Positions 36,095 to 48,499 of a stretch of DNA of 64,000 nt are shown piece after piece; the first letter of the stretch is position 1, and each line of letters begins with the position of its first letter. The position numbers and the translations under genes are program-made. This DNA comes from Camelus dromedarius. Lineage: Eukaryota. The stretch spans positions 6,510,001 to 6,574,000 of the forward strand of contig NC_087437.1 of NCBI RefSeq assembly GCF_036321535.1. The letters are read 5' to 3'. The notes under the pieces are model-generated. The model was not told where the DNA came from. It saw only the letters and a program-made list of their open reading frames with translations, and searched no databases.

Positions 36095-36635
36095 TGGAGC
36101 AATGTATGCAGGCTTTGAAGTCGGACCGTGGCAGATTAACTAAATGACCCCTTTGGCATGTGGCTTTGCAGTTTCTCTCACCCAAAGGTAAAGCATATTC
36201 CTCTGCCCTTACCTGAAAACTCATGCAGCTTTCTTCGGCCAGTGCAATGTTGGCATGGACCATGGAACCAAGTGTGAAAGGTCCTTGTGTGGTCATGAGA
36301 ACAGCACGCCTGAGACAGCCTGGTGGTCCCAGAGAGATGGGAGGCATTTGGAGCAGAGTAACCCTCAGTCAAACTCAGCAGGGATCAAATGGCCCTCGGC
36401 TGACCTGCAGATCACTGAGAGTAATTGAACGTATGTTTAACCTGCTGATATTTAGGGTGGCTTGTTGGCAGCATTTTTGTGGCAATACATAGATACGCTA
36501 GGATTCAAATCTGATCTCCACAACTTACCAGCTATGGTTTTGAAATATACCAGCCTTTTAAAATGGGGTCAGTAGTAGCTTATCTGTAGGGTCATGGCCA
36601 AGACAAGCAATTGCATATGCAAAATGCCAAGCTTG
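36095..36635 (+). mobile_element. MIR SINE split by an MLT1 LTR
   Basis: caggctttgaagtcggac | ctaggattcaaatctgatctccacaacttaccagct...taaaatgggg. Confidence 0.6.
36127..36497 (+). mobile_element. MaLR solo LTR (MLT1H-like)
   Basis: gtggcagatt...catgagaacagcacgcct...ctgacctgcaga...ctgatatttagggtggcttgttggcagcatttttgtggcaata. Confidence 0.7.
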
Positions 36636-37029
36636 GGGTCTTAAAGTCACCTCTAGCTCTACTGGTACCATAGTGGGTACCCAATAAATGTGTGTTGAGT
36701 GCATGATTGACACTTGGTGATGACGGTGAGGAACATCACGTCATGGGATTCAAGGGCTTGTTTATGATGTTGCAACCATGGAATATGGTGTCTAGAAGTT
36801 TTTAGGGGCATGAATCTTTCTAAGTTTCTGCGGAACTATAAGATTCCATGACACCTAGTGTGTAGCATGAAGAAGTAGTTCTGCATTGTCTCTGAGACAT
36901 CTCTCACCTCTGTCATCTTCTGATCCTGGGATCCCTGTGTTCTGAGAGCTCTTCCTTCCCGCATGTCCTGTGGCTGGCTGGTCCTGCTCTTCGTGTACCT
37001 AAGTCATGACTCCTCCTCTATCAGAAAGC

Positions 37030-37250
37030 CCTGCACGGAGTACTTCCTCTGTGTCAGGTGACCTCTATAGGGTACGATATAATACCTGTACTTTTATCCT
37101 CTCCCTCAATCCTCATAACCCCACCAAAGGAAGTTCCATATGAGATGAAGACACTGAGGCTTGGAGAGGCAAAGTAGATCACACAGCTAGTGAACAGTAC
37201 AGCTGACTCCTAAAGCCCTGCTTTACTTCTGCTTCATGCTCTACCATAGA
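37030..37250 (-). mobile_element. MIR SINE
   Basis: aatcctcataaccc...gatgaagacactgaggcttggagagg...atcacacagctagtga. Confidence 0.65.
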
Positions 37251-37799
37251 TGAGTCGCTTTTAAATAAATGTTTACCAGCAACCCCAGAGTTACCCTAGA
37301 GGAATTATCAAGGGAGTTTGAACAGGGAGATGTTGTGTGCAGAGGACAGGGTGTGGAACATCCACCAATAGCCCTGACTTCCAGTTTGCTGGTGGTCCTG
37401 TTTGCAACTCAGATGCATAAGACTTTATTTTTTATGTCTACAAGTGGTTTGTGAGTCACCAGTTTGTTGAATCATAGTGTCATTTGTCACTGAGCCCCAG
37501 GAAAGGTGCTAGGTGGCCTTCCTGTTTGTCCTCTGAGCTAATTGTGATGGGCATCTGTGATTCCAACCGTGCTGTCATCTCAGGAGGGTCATGGGTCTTT
37601 CTTAATGTACTCTGTTCAGCCCCGGCAGACCCTGCAGTCTGAGCCCCCTGAGCCTGGTGCCTGCTGTGCGATGCAGAGGGGACACGGAACCCACAGGAGG
37701 TGCAATAGACCATCTCTAAAGGTTCTTTGTCCACACTGAGTGTTTACGAACAGTGGCAGGGCAGCAAAAGGGATAATCCAAGGAAGCAGATTTTCTTGC

Positions 37800-37920
37800 C
37801 TGACTCAGCCAGTTACTAATGATGTGACCTTGGATTATATTATTTAGACTCTGGGTCTTGATTTTCTCATTTATAAATGGGAACCAAACCTCCTCCATGT
37901 TAGATGGTTGTAAAGATCAG
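37800..37920 (+). mobile_element. MIR fragment
   Basis: tgtgaccttgga...ttttctcatttataaatggga. Confidence 0.6.
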
Positions 37921-37929
37921 GTCTCATCA

Positions 37930-38400
37930 ACACCTGCCTCTCCTGCCTGATGCTCCACACGCTCTCTCTGTTCCAGTCACTGTCACCCTCCCTCCCGTCT
38001 TTCCGAGTGCTTTGCCTTCTCTCACCCCAGGATGTTTGCACGTGCTGTTCTCGCTGGGAGGCATGCTCTTTCTTTACTCTGTCATGTCCCACCATTTGGT
38101 GAACTCCTACATCCTTCACGCTCTCAGCTCAAGTGTCTCTTCTTTTCCTGAATCTCTAGCATAGATCATCTTCCTTTGTTGTTCTCATGGGACCATCTTC
38201 CCTTCAAAGCATTTATCGCAGATCCCAGTTCTTTCCTTATCGCTGTGATTTTTGGTCAATCTTGGTCTCCCCCAGTGGCATGAAGTTCCAAGAAATCAAG
38301 GACCACATCTCATGTTAATATCTGTTGCATCCACAGTTGGCTAGATCAGCACTTTTCCTATAATAACAGTCAATAAAATTTGTTCAATGACTGTATGAAT
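37930..38400 (+). mobile_element. L2 LINE 3' region
   Basis: tttgcacgtgctgttc, aactcctacatccttca..ctcagctcaagtgtc, ending tcaataaaatttgttcaatgactgtatgaat. Confidence 0.75.
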
Positions 38401-38834
38401 ACGCAAGTTTCTGACATTTAGCCGGGCTCAGGAAATTGTAACTGCCACTGCTATGGTGTTCTTTTATCAGATTCCCAGGCATTTCATATTTTCTTGTGTT
38501 CTCTTGAATGGAATCCAGAGTATTGCGTCACTAAGTTGCCCTTTACATATGGTACAAAGGGGCAGATGGTAGAGTATCGTCAGAAACTCCAAAGGACTTT
38601 ACCTCTCTGAGCCTCAGTTTCTTCCTTTACACAGTAACTTAGACCCTTGCTTCCCTGGCTTTTGTAACACCCTCAGGTGCAGGGCAAGTCACAGGGGGAA
38701 TACGGTACATCTTCCTGGTTCATTGATTTTACTCGAATATTTGTGGAAAATAAAGCCGCTGTAATTAATCAATGAAACAAAAATGCTTTATGGAATCGAA
38801 TTACAAAATGCACACAGATTTTAAGATAAAAGGA

Positions 38835-39002
38835 TCCACCCTCAAGTTCCTTGGTAATATGTGTGTGTGTCAGAATCACGCCGGCTCTGTCCCCGGGGAT
38901 CTGATTTCATCCGGCCTGGGTATATATGTATGTATTTAAAATATACATGTGTTTAAAAGCTTTCCATGGGATACTAATATGCAGGCAAGGCAGAGACCAC
39001 TG
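38835..39002 (+). mobile_element. MER5B-like hAT MITE remnant
   Basis: cagaatcac...gtttaaaagctttcc..gatactaatatgcagg...gagaccactg. Confidence 0.55.
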
Positions 39003-42000
39003 TGCTGGGTTATTTTGGTGGAAAATGTGACTCACGAATGGATGGTGGATGAATTCAAAAGTCCTTCCTAGTTGTGAACTTTGCCCCCTTGCTTTTCTTC
39101 AGTTCTTCTAAAACGATCTTGCAGTTCTGCGATTCCACATCTAGGTCTTTCAAGAGCTACTTGTGGCTCTTCCCCGGGGGAAGGTGTTCTCTAGCAACTC
39201 AGGCAATAAACTCATGAGAATTTTCAAGGGTGTATAGAAACCATCCCATGGCCGCTGTTGGGGAGCCTGACTGTTTTCAGAGACGAAAAAGGCATGCATC
39301 TAAATTTCTTGATGCGAGATCTGGACAGCTCTGCTCAGATTTTGGAATGGGGAGTTCCAAGGGTTCTCAGGTCTGCAAATGGGAGAGACTGCTGCAGCCT
39401 TCTGGCTTGGTTCCCCGACCATCTCCCATCTGACCAGTGCCAGGAGTCTGACTCTCTGCTGGAGCCTTTGTTACCATGCAGGCTGCACAGCAAAGGATGT
39501 GAACGCTCCCTTCAATAAAGCATCTCTGCACACAGCCTATTTGAGCAGGCATATCCAGAGATCTTAACGCTCAGCATACAGGGATGCTATGAAAATCAAA
39601 TGTGTTTTATTTATAAGTCCCTGTGCTCCCCCTCCCAACCTCCCAAAGAAAAAAAAATTGCAAGCAGCGAATGCAAATAATTTTTCAAATCGATCGTTTT
39701 ATGAAAATGCCTGTTTTTATTATATTTTTTTCAAGGACTAGAGAATCACATAAATGACAATTCCAGAAAACCATAGATTTATGACTTTTTTACTTTCCAA
39801 ATATGTTGGCAAGGAGCAAAAAAAAAATAAAATTTTGTAATTTCAGGAAGAGAATAATGTACTTTTTTATTAAAATAGAAATGACACACTGCTGCATATC
39901 TAAGTTGATTTAGTGTTTTTATTAGTTATATAACTGTTTTAATACCTCACTAACTATTGCATTCTCCCTTAAGGTTTCCATTGTTCACATACCCTAGAAA
40001 CAAATTGATAATTCTGAAAAAATAAAGTATTTCTTGGTTGTTTGCTAACGGCAGAATAGCAATCAGTCACCACAGGGTTACTACAATGGGCATCATTATA
40101 TTTGGATCCTTATCAATTTCACTATACGGGTAAGTATTATTGCTGTTTACCGGAACTCCTTTGGTGTTATTGCTTAATTTTAATTGTGATTGTAAAATGT
40201 GAACAATGTGGATCTTTAAACCACAATTAAACACCTGCTATACTTGTTGTCTGTTGGCATTTAAAGATATATTGAGTATTTAAAAACTGCTGATTCAGAT
40301 ATGACATCGAGCATAAAAATAGATTTAATTCGAGAACAAATGTTTGCTGAAGGAGGAAGTTCCAGGAAAGTTTTCGGAAGTCAGATGGGTGAGTCCAAAT
40401 TTAAGTTCAACAGGAAAACGGGGACCCAATGGAAAGTGTAATCGTCAGGCAGGATGCTCTCTGGCCTCCTCCTGCCGGGGCCCGTGCCAGCTTCCTTCAA
40501 CCGTGGGGGTCCAACTCTTTGTCCCACTGACAACTTGTTAATGAAGAACCTCCGTCCAGGAAGCACCTGCCCGATGTTGAGGAGATATTAATAGGAGAAA
40601 TAACAGAGTTACCGAGGCGCAGGGGAGGGTGGTGAGGAGAAGGGGGGATGGCATTTCAACCCCAGATCCCAGCCCAAATCAAATGTGAAAAGTAGATGGT
40701 TCTGGCCTTGGGGGCTTCAATCCTGCAGATGGAGGGTGATTTGAAGTTTCCTGAAATCCATATTCGGAGCGAGCAGTGGTCCCTGAGCGGGGTCTGCACT
40801 CTGCAAACCCGAGACTTGCTTTCTTTCCTTTCTTCCTAATAGGTCAATGGGTGTCTGCATCATCTCCACCACTGTAATTAATCACTTACACAGTGTCTGC
40901 AAAACACGATGCTCGGTTCTAAGCCTCCAACATCATTTAATACAGCGTCGTTTGCTTAAAGCTCCTATAGGCTTCCGTTTTTTTCGGAAAATAGCATTTC
41001 TTGTTTTAATTTCCCAGCAGTGTTTTTACAAACAGCGAAGAAGGGAGTAGTGTGGGTGGGACAATGGGACCATCAAGGAATCTTTCCTTGGAGAAATAGG
41101 ACCGCAGGTTGGATGTGAGGAGCAGGAAAGAATAAAATATACTCGGTTATCGTCATCTAAACTTAATCTTTTCACTTATAAAAAAATCAAATCAAAATAG
41201 ACTTGCAAATCCCAACTTTCCGTTTCAAGTAAACAAATCTGATGGCACGTGAGGGAGCCGCTCAGCTCTGTTAGAAGGTTCCCGTGAAACGGTTCAACTT
41301 TCTGCAGAGACTGCAGAACAGCTAGCTCCGAGGCAGCTGCGGGAGGAAATGGGACGGCGGTGGAACACACCTGCTCAGGAGTTGATTCTGGAGCAAGCAA
41401 GGTGCACAGGTCAATCCCACTTCCTCCCAGGCAGTGGCCTGCTGCATTCAGACAGGCTGTAAAACTCTGGGCCTCTTTTCTTCTCTCCTAAGCGCTGTCT
41501 CCGTGCCGTGACACACAAAATGAAAAATCACCAGACTTTAAAAAGCCTCCAAAAGCAATCCGGGCATTTCATGAGAGTCACTTGAGTACCCAGGGGAGGG
41601 GATCACATATAGAAAGACTCGAAATCTCTCACTTCACCAGTTCTCCTTCCCTGTGTCCCTCGGATGTCACCGGCACCATGGAAATGACCTCCTCCCAGTT
41701 TGGAAGTCCCTATGAAATCATGCATTTGAATGAGGATGAGCAAAGAAACCTCCTGGGGGAACATTTCATTTTCTTTCCTCAAAATCAAGCAGCCTGAAGC
41801 TCTCCCCTGTGTTGGCACCCAGGAGTGCGGGGGTGGAGGTGGGAGGGTAGCCAGGAGGGAAGAGGGGGGCATTAAAGATAGGTGTGTCTGCTTTATGATT
41901 ATAGCCCTAAACCTAGGCACTTTAGAACCAAATCTGAAGTAAGAATTGTTCTCTTGGAGGTCATTTTAAGGGACCCTTAGATGTGATGCTTGTGTCCGAT

Positions 42001-42164
42001 GAAGACACACAGTAGGTGCTCAATAAAGAATTCCTGAATGAACCGATGCACAGCAGGCCCATTGAAAGGGTCACAAAAGAATGGATGTATAAAGAAGTTC
42101 TAACTCTCCAGCCAAGCTTGCACAGTGATGGCGAAAAGTAGTTGATTTCTTTGATTCTGAAGGC

Positions 42165-42535
42165 ATATTAACCAAGGTAACATCCCCTGCTGTCATATAC
42201 AAGCCCCTGAATCCCAAAGGCATACCCCCATTTCAGATTCACTCTCACTTCATGTCTAAAATGAGCACTCCTGCTGGAGAGAGGCTCCTCCAAGCTCAGG
42301 TTCAGGGACCCCGACTCCTCCAGTTAGCGGCTCATCTTCCACACATGACTTCCAACCGTGCTGGAGGAGGGGACGCACAGGAAGGGCCAGGCTCGGCAGG
42401 TTCCTAAGGGGCAGACCTGGAAGTGAAACACACACATCACTTCTACCCATGTTCCATCGTCCGGCGGCTGCACCTAGTGTGCAGGGAGGAATGCAAACTA
42501 GTCCAAGAAGAAGGGGAAATAGTTTGGTGAACAGA
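42165..42535 (-). mobile_element. MaLR LTR (MLT1J-like)
   Basis: ttcagggaccc..ctcctcca, cctggaagtga..catcacttctacccatgttccat, aagaagaaggggaaatagtttggtgaacag. Confidence 0.65.
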
Positions 42536-43227
42536 GGAGAGTCATTCGAATGAATGTTATAAGAAACCCGTGGGTTAGGAATTATGCCCTGGCTCTTTTA
42601 CCTGCTGAAGAAAAAGAAAATATGTTGAACAGTTTGCATGATCTTTGGCATCAATGGAAACATGAAATCTTTTCTACTCATGGAGTGCGCCTTGAAGTGG
42701 CCAGAGTGTCTCAGACTCAAAGCGGGGGAGTGGGGGGGACGGGAGGGTAAGTGTTCTTTTTGGAATGATAGTTGCTTTTGTCTGGGGAGGTGCCTTGGAC
42801 CCGAGCATGTGTCACCATTAAATAAGTTCACACTCTCCGTGATGATCGCTACAATGGCAATCTAAATTTACTGTCAATATGTCCCTAGAGACCAGATCAC
42901 CCGTAGCCCAGGGACTGACCTTTCCTTGATCATTTAGTGATAGATATAGGTCAGTGAAACTCATATGATGTCCAAGCTGGATTCATGTCATAAATCCTAT
43001 GCGGTTTGATGATATAGTCTTATGACCCCCTCTAAAGAAATAAATCATTAGGCATTTTGTGTTTCTTGTGTGTATGACTTTTTCTCAAGCGATGTGCCCA
43101 GAGGGAAAAAGAAAGGCAGTCTGGTGTTCGAAGGGGCTTTCCAGCACACTTTAAACCAGTGCTATTCAGTGTTTTCCCCTGACTGGTGCCACTCCATGAG
43201 CGTTACTGCCATGAGAAATCCAGATTT

Positions 43228-43374
43228 CTGTGTGTGTGCTTTCTTTATTGTAGGGGCAGGTAATTAGGTTTATTTATTTACTAATTTTTTTTTTTTAATG
43301 GAGGTGCTGGGGATTGAGCCCAAGACCTCATGCAAGCCAAGCACGTGCTCTACCACTGAGCTATACCCTCCCTC
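43228..43374 (-). mobile_element. tRNA-Ala-derived camelid SINE (vic-1 type), long form
   Basis: aggtaattaggtttattt...aatggaggtgctggggattgagccc...ctctaccactgagctataccctccc; TSD aaatccagattt 43216-43227 / 43378-43389. Confidence 0.9.
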
Positions 43375-46300
43375 AACAAATCCAGATTTTGACAATAAAT
43401 ATTCAGGAACACTTACAGCAATTTGAGCCTATTTTTATATCTGTTGAATATAATAATAAAAATACGGGCTAATACTTTTACATCTCTATTCTAAAAATGA
43501 AATAAAGAAATAATTCATTATTTTACAGAAGTCTTGATCTGCAGTGGATTGGAAACAAAAAAATAAAGTGGCTCCTCACCAGGGATAGTTTGAGAAGCCC
43601 CGCTTTAGTTTACTGTCTTAGGATCCACGCAGGGGCCTCCTGTGAGAATGAAGAAGTGAGTGTACCTGAAGCCATGCCTTGCTCTGCAAATGGACAGCAT
43701 TTTTATCGTTGGTGCATTTGTCAAGCTGCTACCCTCCCAGGAAGACCTTCCCTTTTCTGCCCCTCCAGAATGTTTGAGAAAAAGGTAGGGCAGGAGGATG
43801 CCTAATGGAGTATGTTTTGCAAAACCACGATTTCCTGTTGCAGAGGGCTTGGCCTGTGTTCTGACCCATCTGTGGTCCAGGGACTTACTGGGTGTTTAAT
43901 CTGGGCCCGGGGTGTAACAGGGGGATGGTCCCTGAAGGATGTCCTCCTGCCCTCCAGTTCCCAACTCTTGTTCTGTTTTTTCTCCCCTAACATGGAAGAG
44001 GCCACAGGATCAAAGTGCTGTTTTCAGAAAATCAGTCTTGTGTGCATGTCCAGGATAGACTGCACTAGGAAAAGCATAGAAGACGCCCGCGAGAGCAGTT
44101 TTGATTGTCCACCAGGTCAGTTTTCGAAATGGGGCACTGGAATCACCTTGACCTTGGCGTGATCACGGTCACCTGCACGAAATGCTGTAAGGCCCCACTG
44201 CCCATTCCACTGGGGAGGGGCCAGAACACTGGAGGAGTGCCCTGTGGACTCCTAGGTACAGTGCAAGTAGAAGGCCTTTCACTCCTTTCCCAGAAGAACA
44301 GCAAAGGCTTTGTTGGCAAGAACTACACCCGCATTAAGGGATAGGCTATATGCAGATTTTGAGCACTTAACTTGCACATATATTACTAAAAGTATGGATG
44401 AAGGTATCATCGTGTGACTACGCTGAGCCTTGAATCCACAGAGATGTGTTAGCCCCGTCACCACAGGCACAGAGGGCGTGACCCTCCTCTGCCCAGAATC
44501 CAACGCGAGTCCTTCTCTCCAAGTCGTCTTCGCCCACTCGGGGTGCTCTGGCTGCTCCACACTCACTCGTGCTGGTGGTCCAGTGTCACCGAGCACCTAC
44601 CGTGCGCCAGGGCCCATGCTGGGCATGGAGAATGCAGATGTTAGTGAGCCGTATCGCCTCCCTTTTAACATTGATATCTCAGTCTGGAACGGGCCTCTGC
44701 CCAGCTTTGGTCAAAGTGAAGGTCAAATTGATATCCAAAGTGCTTAAACCAGACGATTCTCCGACTTTATTTCTACAAATTGTCTAAGTTGTACCACTCT
44801 ATCTGGTTAGACCAACCAAAAGCTGCATATCTGGATGGATTGCCTATTTATGATGAAACAGTGTGGACTTAGCTGTCAGTAAGCAGGAATATTAGAAACA
44901 GAGATTGAAAGAGTGTAAGTCCAGCATTTTGCAAGACTTGGGTTGGAGGCTTCCACCATACTGTCTGGGGTCCATATCCAAGGGTTTGTAAGTAAATTCT
45001 TTGTATAATGTAGGCAAATCAGTATATAACTTGTATACAGTATAGTGCAAGTTTTCTCTTTACTGGTATTTTTCCTTACTAGAAAGTAGGATTTGTGCAA
45101 GTTGTAAAATTTTCTTTCTTGCTTTGGCTACCAGGACACCCAGGGCTAGGTTACCTATCTTCCTTACTATGACACTTCAATTCATTAAAAAATACCCTTT
45201 TTTTGGGGGGGGGGTATCTTATTTTAAACCACCTCAGGTTCTTAAGTAAAGCTTTGGGAAAATATAACAAATATCTAGATTCCACTAGAAATTTTCTTCT
45301 TTATAGATACTGAGCAGATTCTCTCCTAGCAGGAAAAACCCCGGAAACCAAGAGGACCAGTTCTCCAATGCAGCTCTCTTTCAGGACCCATTGGTGGCTG
45401 GGACCTAGCAGACTGTTGCTTTAGGTAGACAAAAAGAGTACGTCCTGGGTTAAATGCTGATTGGAACAATCTTTGCCTTACCCCGAAGCCTTTTCCTTAT
45501 TGGCTGATTTCTGCTTATCCTAAAAGAGCAGGCATCCTCCTGCAGCTCTGAGGCTGTACCTTTGACGTGTCAAACTATTCCTTGGTCTGGACCCATGTGT
45601 TAACCTGTTATGTAACTTCATAACTCTTTCCTGATTAAGGACAATATTTTTTTGCCTTTATTACAGTCATTCATTTATCCAGGCATCATTATTGTGTTCC
45701 CAGTATGTCCCAGGCATCACTAGAAAGCAGAAATGTGTAGCTCAGGTAAATGCTGAGGTTTCTAAACTGACCAGGTCTTAGAGTCTGAAGAAGGGGGACA
45801 AACACAGAGCACAAAATGATTCTTTTCCAGCATGAGGCTGATGCTGCCCCCCAAACAAACACAAGCCAAACAGATTAAAAAAAAAAAAAACCTTCTCTTC
45901 ATGGTGGAATTTGTGGTTGAAAAAGTGTATAATCTTATGGAGACTACAGAGTTAGGGATCTGGAGAGAGAGAACCCATAAAAGCTATGGAAATTCATAGA
46001 ATCTATGGAAACTAAATTCATGAAAATAAAGAAAATAACACACAAAGTATAGAGAGTATTGCTATAAAAAGTTCTCCAAACAAATCCCTTGGAAATAAAG
46101 CATGTCTTTTCAAATGATTTATAGGAGCTTTGTCTAACCAGGCCACCTAAGGATAATTCAGTATCCTGGGGATGTACCTTTGTTCAACTTTGCTATTGAC
46201 TGTTAATTAAGGGCTTGAACACTGTGAAGTGATGTGTTAACTTGCAGGTCTTGTGTGGCAAAGATGCAAATAATTTCTGTCTGGTAACAAAGATAACCCC

Positions 46301-46494
46301 AACAGTTTTGGTTTTTATTGTCCTGTGGAACATTAATCCACTTTGTGTCTAACCTAGCAACCTAATTCTACCAGTTCTTTTTATTTAAAAAATTTTGGGG
46401 GGGGAGATTTAATTTTTTAATCATTTATTTATTTTGGGGGTTTTTGCCATTTCTTTTTTCAAATTTATATATGCATTTATTTTGCAGTATCATA

Positions 46495-46876
46495 GTTTTT
46501 AAATTGAAGTGTAGTTGATGTACAATATTATATGTTATAGGTACACAATACAGTGATTCACAATTTTTGAAGGTTATATTTATAGTTACTATAAAATATT
46601 GGCTGTATTCCCCATGTTGTACAATATGTCCACATAGCTTATCTTATACCTGATCGTTTGTATCTCTTAATCCTCCCCCTCCATCTTGCCCCTCTCCCCA
46701 CTGGTCACCACTAGTTCCTTCTCTACGTCTGTGAGTCTGTTTCTTTTCTGTTATGGACACTAGTTTGTTGTACTTTTTAGATTCCACGTATAAGTGATAC
46801 CTTACAGTATTTGTCTTTCTCTGTCTGACTTACTTACTTCACTTAGCTTAAGGCCCTCCAAGTCCGTCCATGCTGT
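46495..46876 (-). mobile_element. LINE-1 3' fragment (artiodactyl-type)
   Basis: aattgaagtgtagttgatgtacaatatt...ttagattccacgtataagtgat...tttgtctttctctgtctgactt. Confidence 0.9.
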
Positions 46877-46926
46877 ACACCAGAAACTAACACAACATTT
46901 TAAGTCAACTGTACTTCAATTAAAAA
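46871..46926 (+). mobile_element. LINE-1 extreme 3' tip in the opposite orientation
   Basis: tgctgtacaccagaaactaacacaacattttaagtcaactgtacttcaattaaaaa; compare the L1 end at 51396-51445. Confidence 0.75.
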
Positions 46927-46966
46927 GCAAGCAACCAACCAACCCATTTAAAATACGGGCAGAAGA

Positions 46967-47702
46967 GTTTGGTGCAGCCACTGTGGAAAACAGTATGGAG
47001 ATTCCTCAAAAGACTAGGAATAGACTTACCATATGACCCAGGAATCCCACTCCTGGGCATATATCCAGAAGGAACACTACTTCAAAATGACACCTGCACC
47101 CCAATATTCATAGCAACACTATTTACAATAGCCAAGACATGGAAACAGCCTAAATGTCCATCAACAGATGACTGGATAAAGAAGATGTGGTCTGTTTATA
47201 CAATGGAATACTATTCAGTCATAAAAACTGACAACATAACGCTATTTGCAGCAACATGAATGTTCCTGGTGAATGTCATTCTAAGTGAAGTAAGCCAGAA
47301 AGAGAAAGAAAAATACCATATGAGATCGTTCATATGCAGAATCTAAATACAAAACAAAACAAAACAAAACAAAACAAAACAAAACAAAACATAAATACAA
47401 ACAGAAACAGACTCATAGACATAGAATACAAACTTGTGTTTGCCAGGGGGACGGGGGGGTGGGGGTGGGAAGGGACAGACTGAGATTTCAAAATGTAGAA
47501 TAGATAAACAAGATTGTACTGTGTAGCACAGGGAAATACATACAGGATCTTGTGGTGGCTTACAGCGAAAGAGAATGTGACAATGAATGTATGTATGTTC
47601 ATGTATAACTGAAAATTGTGCTCTACACTGGAATTTGACACAACATTGTAAAATGACTATAACTCAATAAAAAATGTTTAAAAAATGAATAAATAAATAA
47701 AT
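46967..47702 (+). mobile_element. Young 5'-truncated LINE-1 (lineage-specific)
   Basis: ORF2 C-terminus, (AAAAC)8 at 47351-47390, G-rich tract, aataaa-rich tail; perfect TSD aaaatacgggcagaaga 46950-46966 / 47703-47719 at a TTT/AAAA site. Confidence 0.95.
46969..47346 (+). pseudogene. LINE-1 ORF2 C-terminal fragment with a premature stop
   Basis: [13 protein letters not shown]...[13 protein letters not shown]...TWKQPKCPSTDDWIKKMW...FAAT*MFLVNVILSEVSQKEKEKYHMRSFICRI*; the conserved Trp codon is TGA at 47257-47259. Confidence 0.9.
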
Positions 47703-48499
47703 AAAATACGGGCAGAAGAACTGAACAGACATTTAACATTTCTTTTTAAATGCCCATAAATACCCAAGTCCTCAAAATGCTCTCTGAACTATATTTACCT
47801 TCTTCTTACTGCCTCCCTCATGAATAAGTTAATACATCTTCGGCAGGTGTTCATTTTATACTGGTATGAGAGTCTTGTTTTCAGCTATGAAAATTATACT
47901 TTGACATTATGTATAAGATCTTGCACGTCTTACATTATTATTAGTGCAAAATCAATTTCCATTCACCCTCCTTGCTTAACAGAAAACTTTCAGAATCTCT
48001 CTCCCTCTTTAGCGGTGGGTGCATTGAAGGGCTCAGACATGCTTGCATCCAATCTTCCATCAGTGAGTTCAACAGTTTTGCCTTTTGATATTTTAAACTC
48101 TTGATGAGGTCTCACTGTGGTCCACAGTGTGAGGATACTCAGTGTGGAGCCAGTATTGGGCATCTTCATTGAATCCACTCAGGTCACAATGGCAGAGCAT
48201 TGCTCTGACATTTTCCCCATATCCCCACCATAACAGCTCCATGTCAGAACCCAGAAGGAGACAGCAGGACACTCTCATCAAGGTCTCTGTCTTTAATATT
48301 TGATATCGCTCTGTCTTCCTCCCTCCAACCATAAAAGTTCATCAACTAATCCAACAAACATTTAATGTGTACCTGGAACTTTCCACAACTATAGAACAAT
48401 AGCAGTAGACATTTTTAAGTGCCTACTATGTGTCAGGCATTCTTTTAAGCACTTTATGTTATTAACTCAGATAAACAAGATGCCCGTTGATGAAACCTT

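Noticed and set aside
40400..41400. Possible CpG island or promoter
   Set aside because: CpGs are only modestly enriched by eye, with no dense GC-box or CpG run; kept only as a weak regulatory candidate.
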